A stretch of DNA of 64,000 bases from the NCBI GenBank assembly GCA_010909165.1, contig VJWM01000117.1, positions 248,001 through 312,000 of the forward strand. Direction: 5' to 3'. The position numbers and the translations under genes are program-made. Below, piece by piece: positions 12,651-23,760 of the stretch. The stretch is from Anthoceros angustus. Its lineage: Eukaryota; Plantae; Anthocerotophyta. The first letter of the stretch is position 1. Each line of letters opens with the position of its first letter. The notes under the pieces were generated by a model. That model saw nothing but the letters and a program-made list of their open reading frames with translations, was not told the origin of the DNA and ran no database searches.

Positions 12651-13179
12651 GAAAATAGTTGGTAGGGGAGTGAAGGGTCATTAAGACCCTAGGGGTTAGT
12701 GGGATTGTTAGGAGGTAGGTTAAGAACCTTTAAGAGGCCACCTACTTAAAAACCGTGAAGCAACCCCACCTACCCCACCGACTTAATTAATGCTAGGGTT
12801 TGGGGAGCTCCTATAAGAGGGGAGGAGCTATAATAAAATGTCATGCCTTGCTCTCCGACTGTGTGCTTGTTTGCTACGCAAGCGGCGACACTGCGGTGAG
12901 GGTGCATGGTGTCCGTAGGGTCTTGAGGTGCGGTGACTGTGGCCCAAACCTTTCTTGGTTGAGGTAGCAACGTATGTTCGAGCGGTGAGGGGAGCGCATT
13001 GTGGTCGCAGCCGTGCGGCTGGTGAGGGGAGGTCCCTAGCAAATTCCAAAGACGCGAGAGGTCGCCCAAATGGGCCTAGGTCCGTGAGGGCACCGCCATG
13101 ATCCGAGGCGCTGTTGGGAGGCTGTGAGGGCGCCAAGGCACGAGAAGTTAGCTAGGAAGAGTGGAAGAGGTAGATTAGA

Positions 13180-13790
13180 GAAGAGAGGAGAAGAGAGGAG
13201 AAGAGAGAAGAGAGAAAAGAGAGAAAGAGAAAAGAGAGAAAGAGAGAAAGAGAGAAAAGAGAGAAAGAGAGAGAGAAAAGAGAGAAAGAGAGAAAAGAGA
13301 GAAAGAGAGAAAGAGAGAGAGAAAAGAGAGAAAAGAGAGAAAAGAGAGAAAAGAGAGAAAAGAGAAAAGAGAGAAAAGAGAGAAAAGAGAGAAAAGAGAG
13401 AAAAGAGAGAAAAGAGAGAAAAGAGAGAAAAGAGAGAAAAGAGAGAAAAGAGAGAAAAGAGAGAAAAGAGAGAAAAGAGAGAAAAGACAAGAGAGAGCAA
13501 GAGAGAGAGCTAGAGAGGACGAGAGAGGAGCTAGAGAGGATAGGGAACAAGAGAGGAGAAGGAAGGAGCAAGAGAGAAAAGAGAGAAAAGAGAGAAAAGA
13601 GAGAAAAGAGAGAAAGAGAGAAAGAGAGAAAAGACAAGAGAGAGCAAGAGAGAGAGCGAGAGAGGACGAGAGAGGAGCTAGAGAGGATAGGGAACAAGAG
13701 AGGAGAAGGAAGGAGCAAGAGAGAAAAGAGAAAAAGACAAAAAGAGAAGAGAGGAGGAAGAAAAGTGTGAGAGCAATCTGGAAAAGAGAG
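13180..13790. repeat. Polypurine satellite (AGAGAGAAA)n plus a duplicated ~100-145 bp GA-rich block
   Basis: Roughly 30 nine-base units at ~13200-13490; gacaagagagagcaagagagag..ggaaggagcaag repeated at ~13487 and ~13633. Confidence 0.95.
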
Positions 13791-13883
13791 GAGAAGGTGA
13801 AATTTCAAGGGCTGTGACAAGAACTTGAGGGGGAGGCCCCAAATTTGTCAGTAGAAACACTCCAGACAGTCAGCGTGCCCAAC

Positions 13884-15388
13884 ATGAGTGGAGTCGGTGC
13901 AGCAGGAGGCACCACGGTAGGAGGAGGTGGCTCGTTCCAGCCACATAGTCGACAGCGTACGTGAAGTTTGGAGACAAGAAGAAGGGAGACGATGCAGAGG
14001 CTTTTATTCGCACGTTTGAACATGTCTCTCATGCTAATTTAGAGGATTCAGCGGCGGACTGTTTGCGAATTGTTCCGGGTTTGTTAAGAGGACACGGACA
14101 ACAGTGGTACAGTAGGACGTATGGGACTGCACCACCGACGGATTGGGACGACTTCAAATCAGAATTCCTAACAAGGTTCAGAGGGTTGAGTCATGGGCAT
14201 CATACATTGGCGAGATTGAGGACTCTCCGCAGGAGAAAGAAGGAAACATTGTATGATTACGTGGAGAGGTTCTACAGCTACTTGGATCGCGTTCCAAGGT
14301 GTAGACCAGTTGTTCCAGGAGGTCCAACCACAGTGGGCTATTCAGATGAGCAGGTGTTAGATTGGTTTGTAAGTGGTTTGCCCACTAAGATGAATGTTTA
14401 CTGTCGGAGAGGAACGACTACGCTGCAAGGAGCATTGAAGTTGGCTGAAGATTACGAGGCAGCGGAGCTTGGTCGTCGAAGGAAGAAGCGGAGGGAGCAT
14501 GGGAAGCATAAGGGAGCCAACTCCTCTAGCTCTCCCTTGCCCTCTCATTCTTTGCCCTCTTCACAGTCAGACATGGAGCAAGGTAGTGCTGCATCAGAGT
14601 CACCCACGGATGAGGAGTCAGACAGAGCATACGAATGGAGGATGAAGAAGGATTTGGAGAAGATTCAGAAGCGAAGACAGGAAGAAGCCGAGCGCCAAGC
14701 GGAGAAAGATAAGAAGGGTAAAGGAGCGCACCGAATGGAAAGGAGCAGCGCCACGACAGGTGGTGGAGGTCTAAACAACCAAATCGAGGCTTTGACGAGG
14801 AGATTGACTGAATTGGAGGTCAAAGCAGTTCACAACCAGGCGCCTAGGAGGTCTCCTTCGCCTGGCAGACAGTTGGTGTATTGTTCGATCTGTCATCAAT
14901 CAGGCCATACGAATCGAGAGTGTATCAAAGCGCCAAGACATGCAACAACTGTAGAAGCCTACACACCACGTGGTGATCGGTGATGTTGACGAGCTTAAGT
15001 ACAATGGCGGTCACGGGAGGTCGACCGCCGCAGTCAATGAGGCCGACTTACCAACCGACAATTCCTTCAGGGATGCGCTATGGTTCACGACCAGTCTCAC
15101 CAGGACCGTGGAGGCCCGATCCTTCACAATGTCCAATGTCTGTTCCCCAGGGATGTTGTTTTAACTGTGGAATGCCAAGTCACTATGCGACAAACTGTCC
15201 AGAACCTCGATGGCAGGTAGGCTATGTGCCCTTCTGCCAGGTATGCAAAGAATTGGGGCACAAAGCGGGCGATCCAAGGTGCCCAGGAGTGTTACATACT
15301 GTGCCTATACGGCCAGGAGTCAGAATCACCGAACCAGCAACGGAGACAATCCCAATCAACACGGAGACGGCCATCGCGGTAGCTAACA
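13884..15388 (+). mobile_element. Retrotransposon gag (Ty3/gypsy-like capsid) with three CCHC-type knuckles, frameshifted, no pol
   Basis: AEAFIRTFE...LLRGHGQQWY...DWDDFKSEFLTRF capsid motif; CSICHQSGHTNREC, CFNCGMPSHYATNC, CQVCKELGHKAGDPRC. Confidence 0.8.
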
Positions 15389-16012
15389 ACACATTTTCTC
15401 TTTACAACCTTCAAGTCCTATACAATCCAAGAAGAAAGTAGCTGTTAAACCTTTAAGTTGTCCACCTTGAAGTTATTTTCTCCAACTTCTGATGCATTTA
15501 GTGGGCCGACCTATACGATTTGAAGCAACAATGGTGACCCAATGCTATTCATGCTGCAAGAAAGATCCCACTTATCTTAAAGTTGTGGAGACATTTGCTA
15601 AGCAACAGACTCTTGCTTAGGCAAAAAGGTTGCTTTCTCGTCATCTTAGCAAACGGGTTTTATGTGGAAGGCACCTTGAGCATTAGTTTCACTCTTACCA
15701 TGTTTGTAAGGTGTGGGAGTCATCAAAAGGTAATCAATTTGTTTAGCAGTGTGTACGAACCGAAGAACATTGTAAGTGTATAACCCTACCTCATACCTAT
15801 TGATGATGTAGTTTTAATTTGAAGCGATTCTGAACTATTATACTAGAATTTTAATCTATTATATAAATATGTAATTGAGATAACATGTTTGTGATTCTCA
15901 AAGTTATACTAAGATCATATCTATATATGTAGCTTTCCTTCAAACATTAATTATGAGTATCACCTACCTTTGATCACAATCACTAATTGATTAAGATAAT
16001 GCTGTCTTCACA

Positions 16013-16288
16013 ATGGGGGGGACCATGACCGGGCTCCTACCACCGTCACCCATGGATCTAGAGGCCATCAATATGTGCAATGAGGAAAGTGAACGAGGCG
16101 TCCCACCATTGCTAGCCATGGTTCCAGATGCAGTTGTTCCGGTCTATGATAGGAGTGAGAGAGGGGCCTCCACTAAGGGAGGAACTTGTCAATGTTCAAT
16201 CTTCATTACCATAATTAGTACCTTGGGACTAATACAATTAGTGTTGGGAGTCGTGTACATGGTGGTTAGATGGGGGAAACCATGGTGA
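16013..16288 (+). CDS. Hypothetical 91 aa ORF with a C-terminal hydrophobic helix
   Basis: ATG-started ORF ending IFITIISTLGLIQLVLGVVYMVVRW in an AT-rich context; no recognised family. Confidence 0.2.
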   Translation: MGGTMTGLLPPSPMDLEAINMCNEESERGVPPLLAMVPDAVVPVYDRSERGASTKGGTCQCSIFITIISTLGLIQLVLGVVYMVVRWGKPW

Positions 16289-16619
16289 CGATGATGGTAA
16301 CATATAGAATTGCAAATTTGACTTCCATTTGTGTGGAGAGGGAATTGAAAGATGTACCTATTCCAATAGTGGACCATTGAGCAGCAAATAATAAAGATAG
16401 ATGATGAGACAAATAGATAGCAAAGATTAAAACTAAGGTTTTGTTGGCTGTATGACTTGGATGATTATCATCTAGGACTATCATCTACAAATTGAAGTTC
16501 TTCAACCTTTCATATTTATTCCGTAATTTATTTTTGGAGGGCATTGGAATTGGATTGAAACTTTGCTAAGCTCGACAACCATGTGTTCTAGGCTATCATT
16601 TTCACTTTTAGTAGATTGC

Positions 16620-16790
16620 GCGTTAAGCTAAGTTTGTCTTGATTTGATAAGCTAAACAAGCTTGTCTTGATTTCTGCAGTTGCTTCTCAATACTTAACAT
16701 GGAAAAGCTAAGCAAGCTTGTTTTGATTTGTTAAGCTAAGCAAGATTTTTTTGATTTGTTAAGCTAAACAAGCTTGTGTTGATTTCCGAA
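16620..16790. repeat. Degenerate short tandem repeats (aagctaa[a/g]caagcttgt.ttgattt)
   Basis: About 5 imperfect copies. Confidence 0.6.
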
Positions 16791-17150
16791 TACTAAACAT
16801 GGAACGGTGAATGTTAAACAGTCAAAGTTGAACAAAAAAAACAAAGCACTAGACACTAGACACATTGACGCATTTAACACTAGTCTCTAGACACACTACA
16901 ACACTAGAACACTAAAGCACTAAAACACAAAACCACGAAACCAATTTGTGGATAGCATATCTTACAACGTTTGACAATGCTGTTCAAGGCTGTCATTCCG
17001 CTTGGCGGTTAAGTGCGGGACTGTACTGATCTCATGAAAACATATATGTACATGGTTCAATTGCCACAGCATCTCTCTAGACGTACTTAACTAGACTCTG
17101 CTCCCCTTCGGAGGTCTCCAGTCAGGCCTGGCGTACAAACACCTCCCAAA

Positions 17151-19010
17151 TTACTTTGATCTCTCTCTCTCTCTTGTTCCCTCTTCCTTGTTTATACGCT
17201 GGTTCAATTTCCGCACTTGAGCGTACAAACGTTTGCACTGTGGGTGGCTCCTATCACCTACGACGAAACCCTGGACCTTCCCTGCAATCTCAATCCAGCT
17301 CCGACCAGGCTCCTTGAAAGCCCCTCTACTTACTCGCAGCAGCTGTATCTGTTGTACTTCCTCCCACATTTGATGGTGGGAATATATGTTTGCCATCAGT
17401 ACATACCCAGCACTGAGTTGGGGTTCCAGGCTAACGACGTTGTCGAATGCAAGCCTTCCCACCTCCACATTGTTATGTTTCCTAGAGGCTCCGAGCAAGG
17501 ACATCCACAGTGGCAGGTCAAGCTGAAGAGGCAAGTTTTGCAGTAATTCTTGGACGCCATTGAGGTGCCCAGCGCGGCCGAGAAGGTCAATCAGAATGGT
17601 GTAGTGCAGAACACTGGGAGTCATGGAGTGGTGGTTCAGCATGGATTTGAAGTACTGAATGCCTTGGCCCACGCAACCTGCATGACTACACGCTGTAAGA
17701 AGAGAAGTGAAGGTGATCTCGTTTGGTTGAATGCCTGCTTCTTGCATTGCAGCAAAGCTATCCACAGCTTGTTTGTATTCTCCATGTCGGGCATATCCTC
17801 CTATCAGTGCACTCCAGGTCACAACATCCTGCTTGGGTAGAGATTTAAAGACCTGAAGAGCATTCACCATGCTTCCACATTTTGCATATGAGTTCACAAG
17901 GGTTGTAGCTACATTGACACTGCCCTCAAGTCCCCTTCTAACAATCTCATGGTGAATTTGGCAGCAAGTATGCAGACCTCCTGTGTTACCACATGCTTTT
18001 AAGGTCCAGAGGAATGTAGCCACATTCTGCTCTTGACCAGAGTTTTTCATTAGTGTGTAGAGCTGCAAAGCCTTCTCATCCTGCTGCTGCTGAGTATACC
18101 CAGCGATCATGGTATTCCACGAAACGACATCCCGCTGTGGCAGTTTGTCAAATGCATGCTGTGCATCCACCATGCTTCCACACTTTGCATACATGTCAAC
18201 CAGTGTGTTCCCTACGAGAATATCCGACTCATACCCTCTTCTCAGCGCTTCCTTATGAATCAATCTTCCCCTCGCGAGGCAGTTCACCTTGACGGAGTAC
18301 CCATCAACAAGGACGGGATCTTCCATAGCCGCTAGGCTGCCACAAGATCTTAGTGCGGCAGAAAAAGTCCAATTGTCTGGGTCCAAACCTTGCTCCAGCA
18401 AGTTAGCATACAAGTGCAAAGCGATCTCACCCTGCTCACCCTGAGCATACCCTGATATCATGGCGTTCCATGACACAACATTTCGATTAGGCAAGGTATC
18501 AAAAACATGTCGGGCTTCCAGCAGGCTCCCACATTTCGCATACATGGACACCAGGGCTGTGCCAACAAACACATCTGACGTATACTCTCCTCGAGAAATC
18601 TCTGCGTTAACCAGCCTGCCATTCGTGAGGTCGCCGAGGATGCCACACACCTTTAGTACAATAATGAAGGTAAACTTGCTCGGCACTACACCTTCCTCTT
18701 GCATCCTCTGATAGAGCTTCAAGGCTTCCTCGCTTTTCCCTGCCTTACAACATGCAGAGATAACTGCAGTCCAGCATGAAACAGTCGGTTGACGCACATC
18801 GTTGAACAAACTGATTGCCTCCAGATAACCCCCACACCTCACAAACATGGAAACAGCGGCATTGCCCAAGGCGCCTTCCAGATCAAACCCATTCTCTAAA
18901 ATGGCAACAAGCAGCCTTTTCGACTGAGCAAGAGTCTGTTGCTTAGCACATGCCTCCACAACTTTCGCATAAGTGCGATGAGCAGCCGACGTTCTGTACT
19001 CCTGAGGCAA
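17151..19010 (-). CDS. PLS-class PPR RNA-editing factor, E1-E2 plus PG box, truncated before the deaminase core; 5' end unresolved
   Basis: P-L-S repeats, one elongated L motif, ends KEPGRSWIEIAGKVQGFVVGDRSHP. The listed start is a TTG; a likely upstream exon joins via intron ~19031-19137. Confidence 0.92.
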   Translation of the reverse strand: MPQEYRTSAAHRTYAKVVEACAKQQTLAQSKRLLVAILENGFDLEGALGNAAVSMFVRCGGYLEAISLFNDVRQPTVSCWTAVISACCKAGKSEEALKLYQRMQEEGVVPSKFTFIIVLKVCGILGDLTNGRLVNAEISRGEYTSDVFVGTALVSMYAKCGSLLEARHVFDTLPNRNVVSWNAMISGYAQGEQGEIALHLYANLLEQGLDPDNWTFSAALRSCGSLAAMEDPVLVDGYSVKVNCLARGRLIHKEALRRGYESDILVGNTLVDMYAKCGSMVDAQHAFDKLPQRDVVSWNTMIAGYTQQQQDEKALQLYTLMKNSGQEQNVATFLWTLKACGNTGGLHTCCQIHHEIVRRGLEGSVNVATTLVNSYAKCGSMVNALQVFKSLPKQDVVTWSALIGGYARHGEYKQAVDSFAAMQEAGIQPNEITFTSLLTACSHAGCVGQGIQYFKSMLNHHSMTPSVLHYTILIDLLGRAGHLNGVQELLQNLPLQLDLPLWMSLLGASRKHNNVEVGRLAFDNVVSLEPQLSAGYVLMANIYSHHQMWEEVQQIQLLRVSRGAFKEPGRSWIEIAGKVQGFVVGDRSHPQCKRLYAQVRKLNQRINKEEGTRERERSK

Positions 19011-19330
19011 GGGCTCAACACAGCCTTCCCTGCAGCATCACCAGCATCCGGTCACCATTGCCGCTTCAAAAATGTGTAGGCCGGCCCGCTGCAGCATATC
19101 AGAAGCTGGAGAACACAACTTCGGGTAAAGAAATACCTTGTGAGCTCAGTCCCCTTGCAACCGAGCACGTTGCAGGCCACATGATCTCCGTGTGCGACCG
19201 ACGCCCTCCAGTACCAGCCCAAGGAACCTGCTCCAGAAACGTCTCCACGAACAAAGTGCCAGGTGCAGTCTGGCTTGCAATGGATTAAACATGAGCGTTG
19301 CGGCTCCCAGTCTTGCCTTCCTACACAGAA

Positions 19331-20380
19331 ATGGCTGCACATCTGCTGGCACGCAATGGCCATAGCCAAGTGCTTCTCTGTTCCCGTCCTGCAGGACCCA
19401 CAACCACGCAGCACCACGAGGTGCGGCGGCAGGCGGCAAGGGCTTCGATGCAGCCCCAGAGCAAGCAGTTCTGGCTCCCGGCTCTCACACTGGTCACCCA
19501 GCAGGCTGCGGTGGATGTGCAAGAGCTGAGTGCCTTGCTAGCAGCCACCAGCCAGAATTGTGACATGTTTCCCAGGCTCTCAGACGGCGCCTTGAGGGAT
19601 GTGGAAGCTGTGAAACTGCGCCGGGCTCTGCAGCATAGCACCCTGGTGATGGCGATGTATGTCAAAGGACAGATCCCCGATGACTACATGCAGAGGGAAT
19701 GGCAGGGGGAGGAACGTGCTCCGCCCAATGGGGGTTGGATGGAGCCATGGTTGCCACCCATCTCCTCCAACCGGTCCTTGGTGGGCTTCGGCCGGGCCAC
19801 ATCCGATCGGGCCCTTACTGCATCCGTCTACGACCTTGCTGTACCCTCGTGTTCTTGCTCACTTCCTTCGTCCTGTCTGGTCTGGCTGCTGTTGTTTACA
19901 TAGCCAGGAGCCTGATCTAGTGAACTGAACGCTCTCCAGGTCGCACCCTCGTTTCAGCGAATGGGCATTGGAAAACGAATCCTTCAGCGAATCGTGAGGT
20001 ATGTATGGATGATCTCTTGCTCGCCGGGATCCCTTGGCAGAAGTTACACAGCTTTTGTGATTCCAACGTAGGGACCTTCTCCGGATGGGAATTTCAGACA
20101 TTGCGGTGCTGTCGACAGACGAGCTGAGGTCCGTTTTGGCTCTCACTTACGCCTCCTTGATGGAAGATGGAACGGACAGCTTGTCTTTTGATGTCTTCGA
20201 GATGATGGCTTGGAAGCTAAAACAGCATGATCCGGTGACAGACCGTTCTTCGTATCTTGCGGCTTCGGGGATGACGTGCTAGGCTCGACAGCTATGGCTT
20301 ATACTCGGCAGTACCGAATGAGAGGCTTGGGTGGGAGGGCATTGAAGTTTTCTTCTTCGGTTTCCAGCACGACAATATGA
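19331..20380 (+). CDS. GNAT3: Plastid-type GNAT acetyltransferase, GNAT3-like; exons 19331-19840, 19940-19998, 20072-20128, 20242-20380
   Basis: Splicing at GT-AG introns gives an open frame: LVGFGRATSDRALTASVYDLA|VAPSFQRMGIGKRILQRIVR|DLLRMGISDIAVLSTDELR|PFFVSCGFGDDVLGSTAMAYTR. Confidence 0.85.
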
Positions 20381-20639
20381 GCATGTAACAAAGGCTGCCA
20401 GCCTTTGTTACAACTTGCCAGCCTTGAGGGGCAAATTGCATCTCCAGGGCCTGTGACTATTCAACCATTTCTCTATAGAGATTACAAGATCCTTGGCCAC
20501 CATGCAAAGGAACGATGCCTCCTACAACTCTTTTTTCTATGGGAGGAGAGCACTTGGACCCTTCCTCACTGAGTGCCTAGGAAGGTGCAGAGGCCAACTT
20601 TCATGAAATGTACAGGAGCACATAATGCAGGGGAGGAAC

Positions 20640-21084
20640 TTCTCCTAGGGCTCTTGGAGAAAGCTTTTGCCCTGGCAGGCAAGACAACTCCTAGACGCTG
20701 AGCAAGCAGCACACTAGCTCCACTTGTTCGCTAGTCTGTGAACACATCTCATCAGGAGAAAAATCGAGAGTTATGCTGTAGCACAACTTGCATAGCATCC
20801 GTCAGCACGGAAGCAAGCAAGCAAGCAGAAGCCATTTCTACCCTGCAGTGTATCGGGTAGCCACATCCTCAGCTCTCGCCCTGGCCCTAGCTGCAGCCTC
20901 CGGAGTCAAGTTTCTGAGCAGGAAGCCTTCACCTTCGCAAGATGGGGATAAATCAGAGCCTCCGCCGGTCTCGCAGTCCTGGTCACGACAGAAATGCAGT
21001 CAGACGGATTGAAGTGCTTCCATGCATCGGATACTTTCCGATCACGAGCGTTTTCTTCCAACGCTTACATTTCCTACCTCACCT
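20640..21084 (-). pseudogene. DnaJ-type zinc-finger pseudogene fragment (copy 2) with retained introns
   Basis: Exon 20978-20842 DCETGGGSDLSPSCEGEGFLLRNLTPEAAARARARAEDVATRYTAG; exon from 20735 LANKWS*CAACSASRSCLACQG. Two Cys ligands lost and a TAG at 20716-20714. Confidence 0.75.
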
Positions 21085-21112
21085 AAACCCTCCCTAAACC
21101 CTAAACCCTAAA
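21082..21112. repeat. Interstitial plant telomeric repeat (CCCTAAA)3 plus a partial unit
   Basis: cctaaaccctccctaaaccctaaaccctaaa. Confidence 0.8.
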
Positions 21113-21778
21113 TAATTGCAACTCCATAAACTAAGGACAGACGGAAAGTGTACGCTCCATAGAGTGATAGCCTTCACAACGGAATGCGAATTCAATAAGT
21201 ATTGACATGCTCAATTTATACGGAGCTTATGGACACTTTTTTAAATTATTGAAATTAGTTAGTTATTTATATTATTATTTTATAAGATATCTATGAGTAT
21301 TGTATTAGACTCTCAAACTGATGCAATTTAAATTGTAATCAATATTGTGATGTACATTGTATTTCACTAAGAAGTTCTTAAGTGTTATAATTCGTGTTGT
21401 AATATATGTCATACGATCTATAGTAAATCATTGAGAAATAACCTGAGGGTTATAATCTGTATTGTAAAGGTCGTTGTAGATGGACTATCCCGCATATAAA
21501 TGGCAAGGTGCGGTTGGTCGGGTGCTGAACTTTTTGCCATGCATCACCCATTCATCACTTTTACAAAGAATTTAAGTGGTTAAATAACTAAGCATTCTTT
21601 TTGCCATGCATCACCTATTCATTATTTTTACAACGAATTTAAGTGGTTAAATAACTAAGGATTTTTCAATGCTCCGTTGTGAAATTTTAGTAAGCTATGT
21701 TGTTAAAAGGCCTGTCCCGCACTGTATTAGTCATTTTAAAAATTCCACAAACCTCCACATGCATCACTTAATGTGTCC

Positions 21779-22042
21779 TCAAAACCATCGACTCATCAAC
21801 ATGACCACCATGGAGATGGTCCATAATGTAACCCAAATAATTGCTATGACGTTTAAGTCTGAGCCGCGATTCATGGGTGGCACTAGAGGGATGTCAATCA
21901 CGACCTTGCCCATGGGTGGCACTGGAGGGATGTCAATCACGACCTCGCCTTCTTGATTCTCACTTGTTTGAACTGGAAATTTTTTTGTTATTTCAAGTGC
22001 CTTCATCATCCCAAAAGATTTCTTACTGTGATAAAAAAACAC
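21779..22042 (-). CDS. Hypothetical ~87 aa ORF with a duplicated VVIDIPxVPPM motif and C-terminal hydrophobic helix
   Basis: 36 bp tandem duplication at ~21870-21945; LNVIAIIWVTLWTISMVVMLM. Confidence 0.18.
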   Translation of the reverse strand: MFFYHSKKSFGMMKALEITKKFPVQTSENQEGEVVIDIPPVPPMGKVVIDIPLVPPMNRGSDLNVIAIIWVTLWTISMVVMLMSRWF

Positions 22043-22470
22043 AATTCACCAAAGTGTCATTTAGGTACCCCAATTAATGTTAGTAGGAGCACTACATAGA
22101 GCCTTGACCTGAACATAACTTCAAGGGACATAGTATGTTTTAAAATTCTAATCTTTTTGTGCACTTTCAAGCTAAAACTATTTCACTAACATCAAGTTGT
22201 TTAAAAAAACAACCTCCATACCTTCAAGTGCCAGCATCTTGCAAGGATGTTTTAATACGACTTTGCTCCTACTTCGTCTACACATGAAAGCTACCTCATT
22301 TAAGGTTCGGACTTTACACTTGAGAGCTACTAGATCCCGGCTGCACACTGCATGTATGAGAGATGTGGAGACTATATAAAAAGGAAGAGATGGGGCATAC
22401 CCCATGTACCCCGGGCCAATGGGAACAATCCATTAACTTCGGACTCACTCATGTCAGTTTGGAGGGCGGT

Positions 22471-22680
22471 GTGCGCGGTGTGCACGGTGCGGTGTGTAGT
22501 TCAGTGTGTGGAGCGGTGCGGTGCCGTGTGCGATGGGGCATGCGCGGTGTGCACGGTGCGGTGTGTAGATCAGTGTGTGGAGCGGTGCGGTGCCGTGTGC
22601 GATGGGGCATGCGCGGTGTGCACGGTGCGGTGTGTAGTTCAGTGTGTGGAGCGGTGCGGTGCCGTGTGCGATGGGGCATG
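22471..22680. repeat. GC-rich 69 bp tandem repeat x3
   Basis: Units start at 22471, 22540 and 22609 and are almost identical. Confidence 0.95.
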
Positions 22681-22873
22681 TCCCAGGGTTCAAGGCTTGC
22701 TTGGTGGTGGCCGATGTGACTCTTGAGCATGGGGGGTTGGGGTTGATATTGCGGTAAGCATGGGGTGGAGGAGGTCGCAGTGAGGACATGATTTAGGGTT
22801 TTTGGTGCGGCGGCTGTGGTGGGTGGTGTAGAGGAGGTCGCGTTATTTTCATTTTTGTTGATTTTTTGAGGTT

Positions 22874-23760
22874 ATGGCTTCTATTGTCGCTAGGCGTAAA
22901 ACAATTAAATATGTAGACAACAGGGTATCAATATTGGAGACTAGATTACGTAGTATTGAGGACAAATATGAAGACAACGCGGTATCTATATTGGAGATTA
23001 GAGTACTTAATATTGAGGCGGAGAATATTTTCGTAAGGGAAAAATATGAGTCTCTTTTGGCTAAGCACCAATCTTTGGCATGGGACTCGGAGGATGCAGG
23101 TTTGGATACAACTTTTTGCATCCAAACCCTGCATATCACTGGCCAAAAAGTTGCAGGGTTTGGATGATCAGGTTGGAAGACTCTTGGAAAGGTTGGTGGA
23201 GCAAGGATTACAAAATGAAGTTTTTTCACGGACCATAGAGGAGAAAGCCATAAATTTGGAAAATCATTTCACTTCAACGAAACAAGTTTTACCTACATAT
23301 TTGGAGAAGCTTACTGGTAATAACCTCATGGGGATTAATGATCCCCCTGCTCCTTGTCCTGATGGCAACACAGTATCAGAAGTTGTTTCCGAGACGGTGG
23401 ACCGTGATCGCTGTGCTCTGGTATGATATTGTTGCACCACTTGTGGCTGAAAAGGAGTTTCTCAATAGGCTAGAGGTCGATGTAGTCGTTCCTCGAGCCT
23501 TCTGGCTTGGAAAGGATCCTGGTAGGAAGCGCATATTGATTATGACTTTTCATTCTATGGATGATCGCCTCCAGGTTATGAAGGCTAGGTCTATGGTACG
23601 GACAACTCATTAATATATCAATGAGGATCTTACAGCATTGCAATGGAAGACTGAGAAGGAGAAGTTACCCGCTTTCAGAGCAGCTCGTGCTGCAAGTCAA
23701 GTGGCTTTCTTTTGTGGGGATGAATTGGTGGTGTTTGGCCCTTGTTCACGCAATTTCATT
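22874..23760 (+). mobile_element. LINE ORF1 remnant (coiled coil + RRM/CTD, Transposase_22-like)
   Basis: Coiled-coil pieces, then RAFWLGKDPGRKRILIMTFHSMDDRLQVMKARSMVRTTH*YINEDLTALQ..EKLPAFRAARAASQVAFF.GDELVV, matching the R.G...RPI.V.F...K..L...I.INEDLT ORF1 pattern. Confidence 0.65.

Noticed and set aside
13036-13820. ORFs encoding (REK)n or (LFS)n
   Set aside because: They are translations of a stop-free 9 bp microsatellite, not evidence of protein.
19040-19060. In-frame TGA upstream of the first PPR repaired by U-to-C editing
   Set aside because: This is a nuclear gene and such editing is organellar; an intron or indel explains it better.
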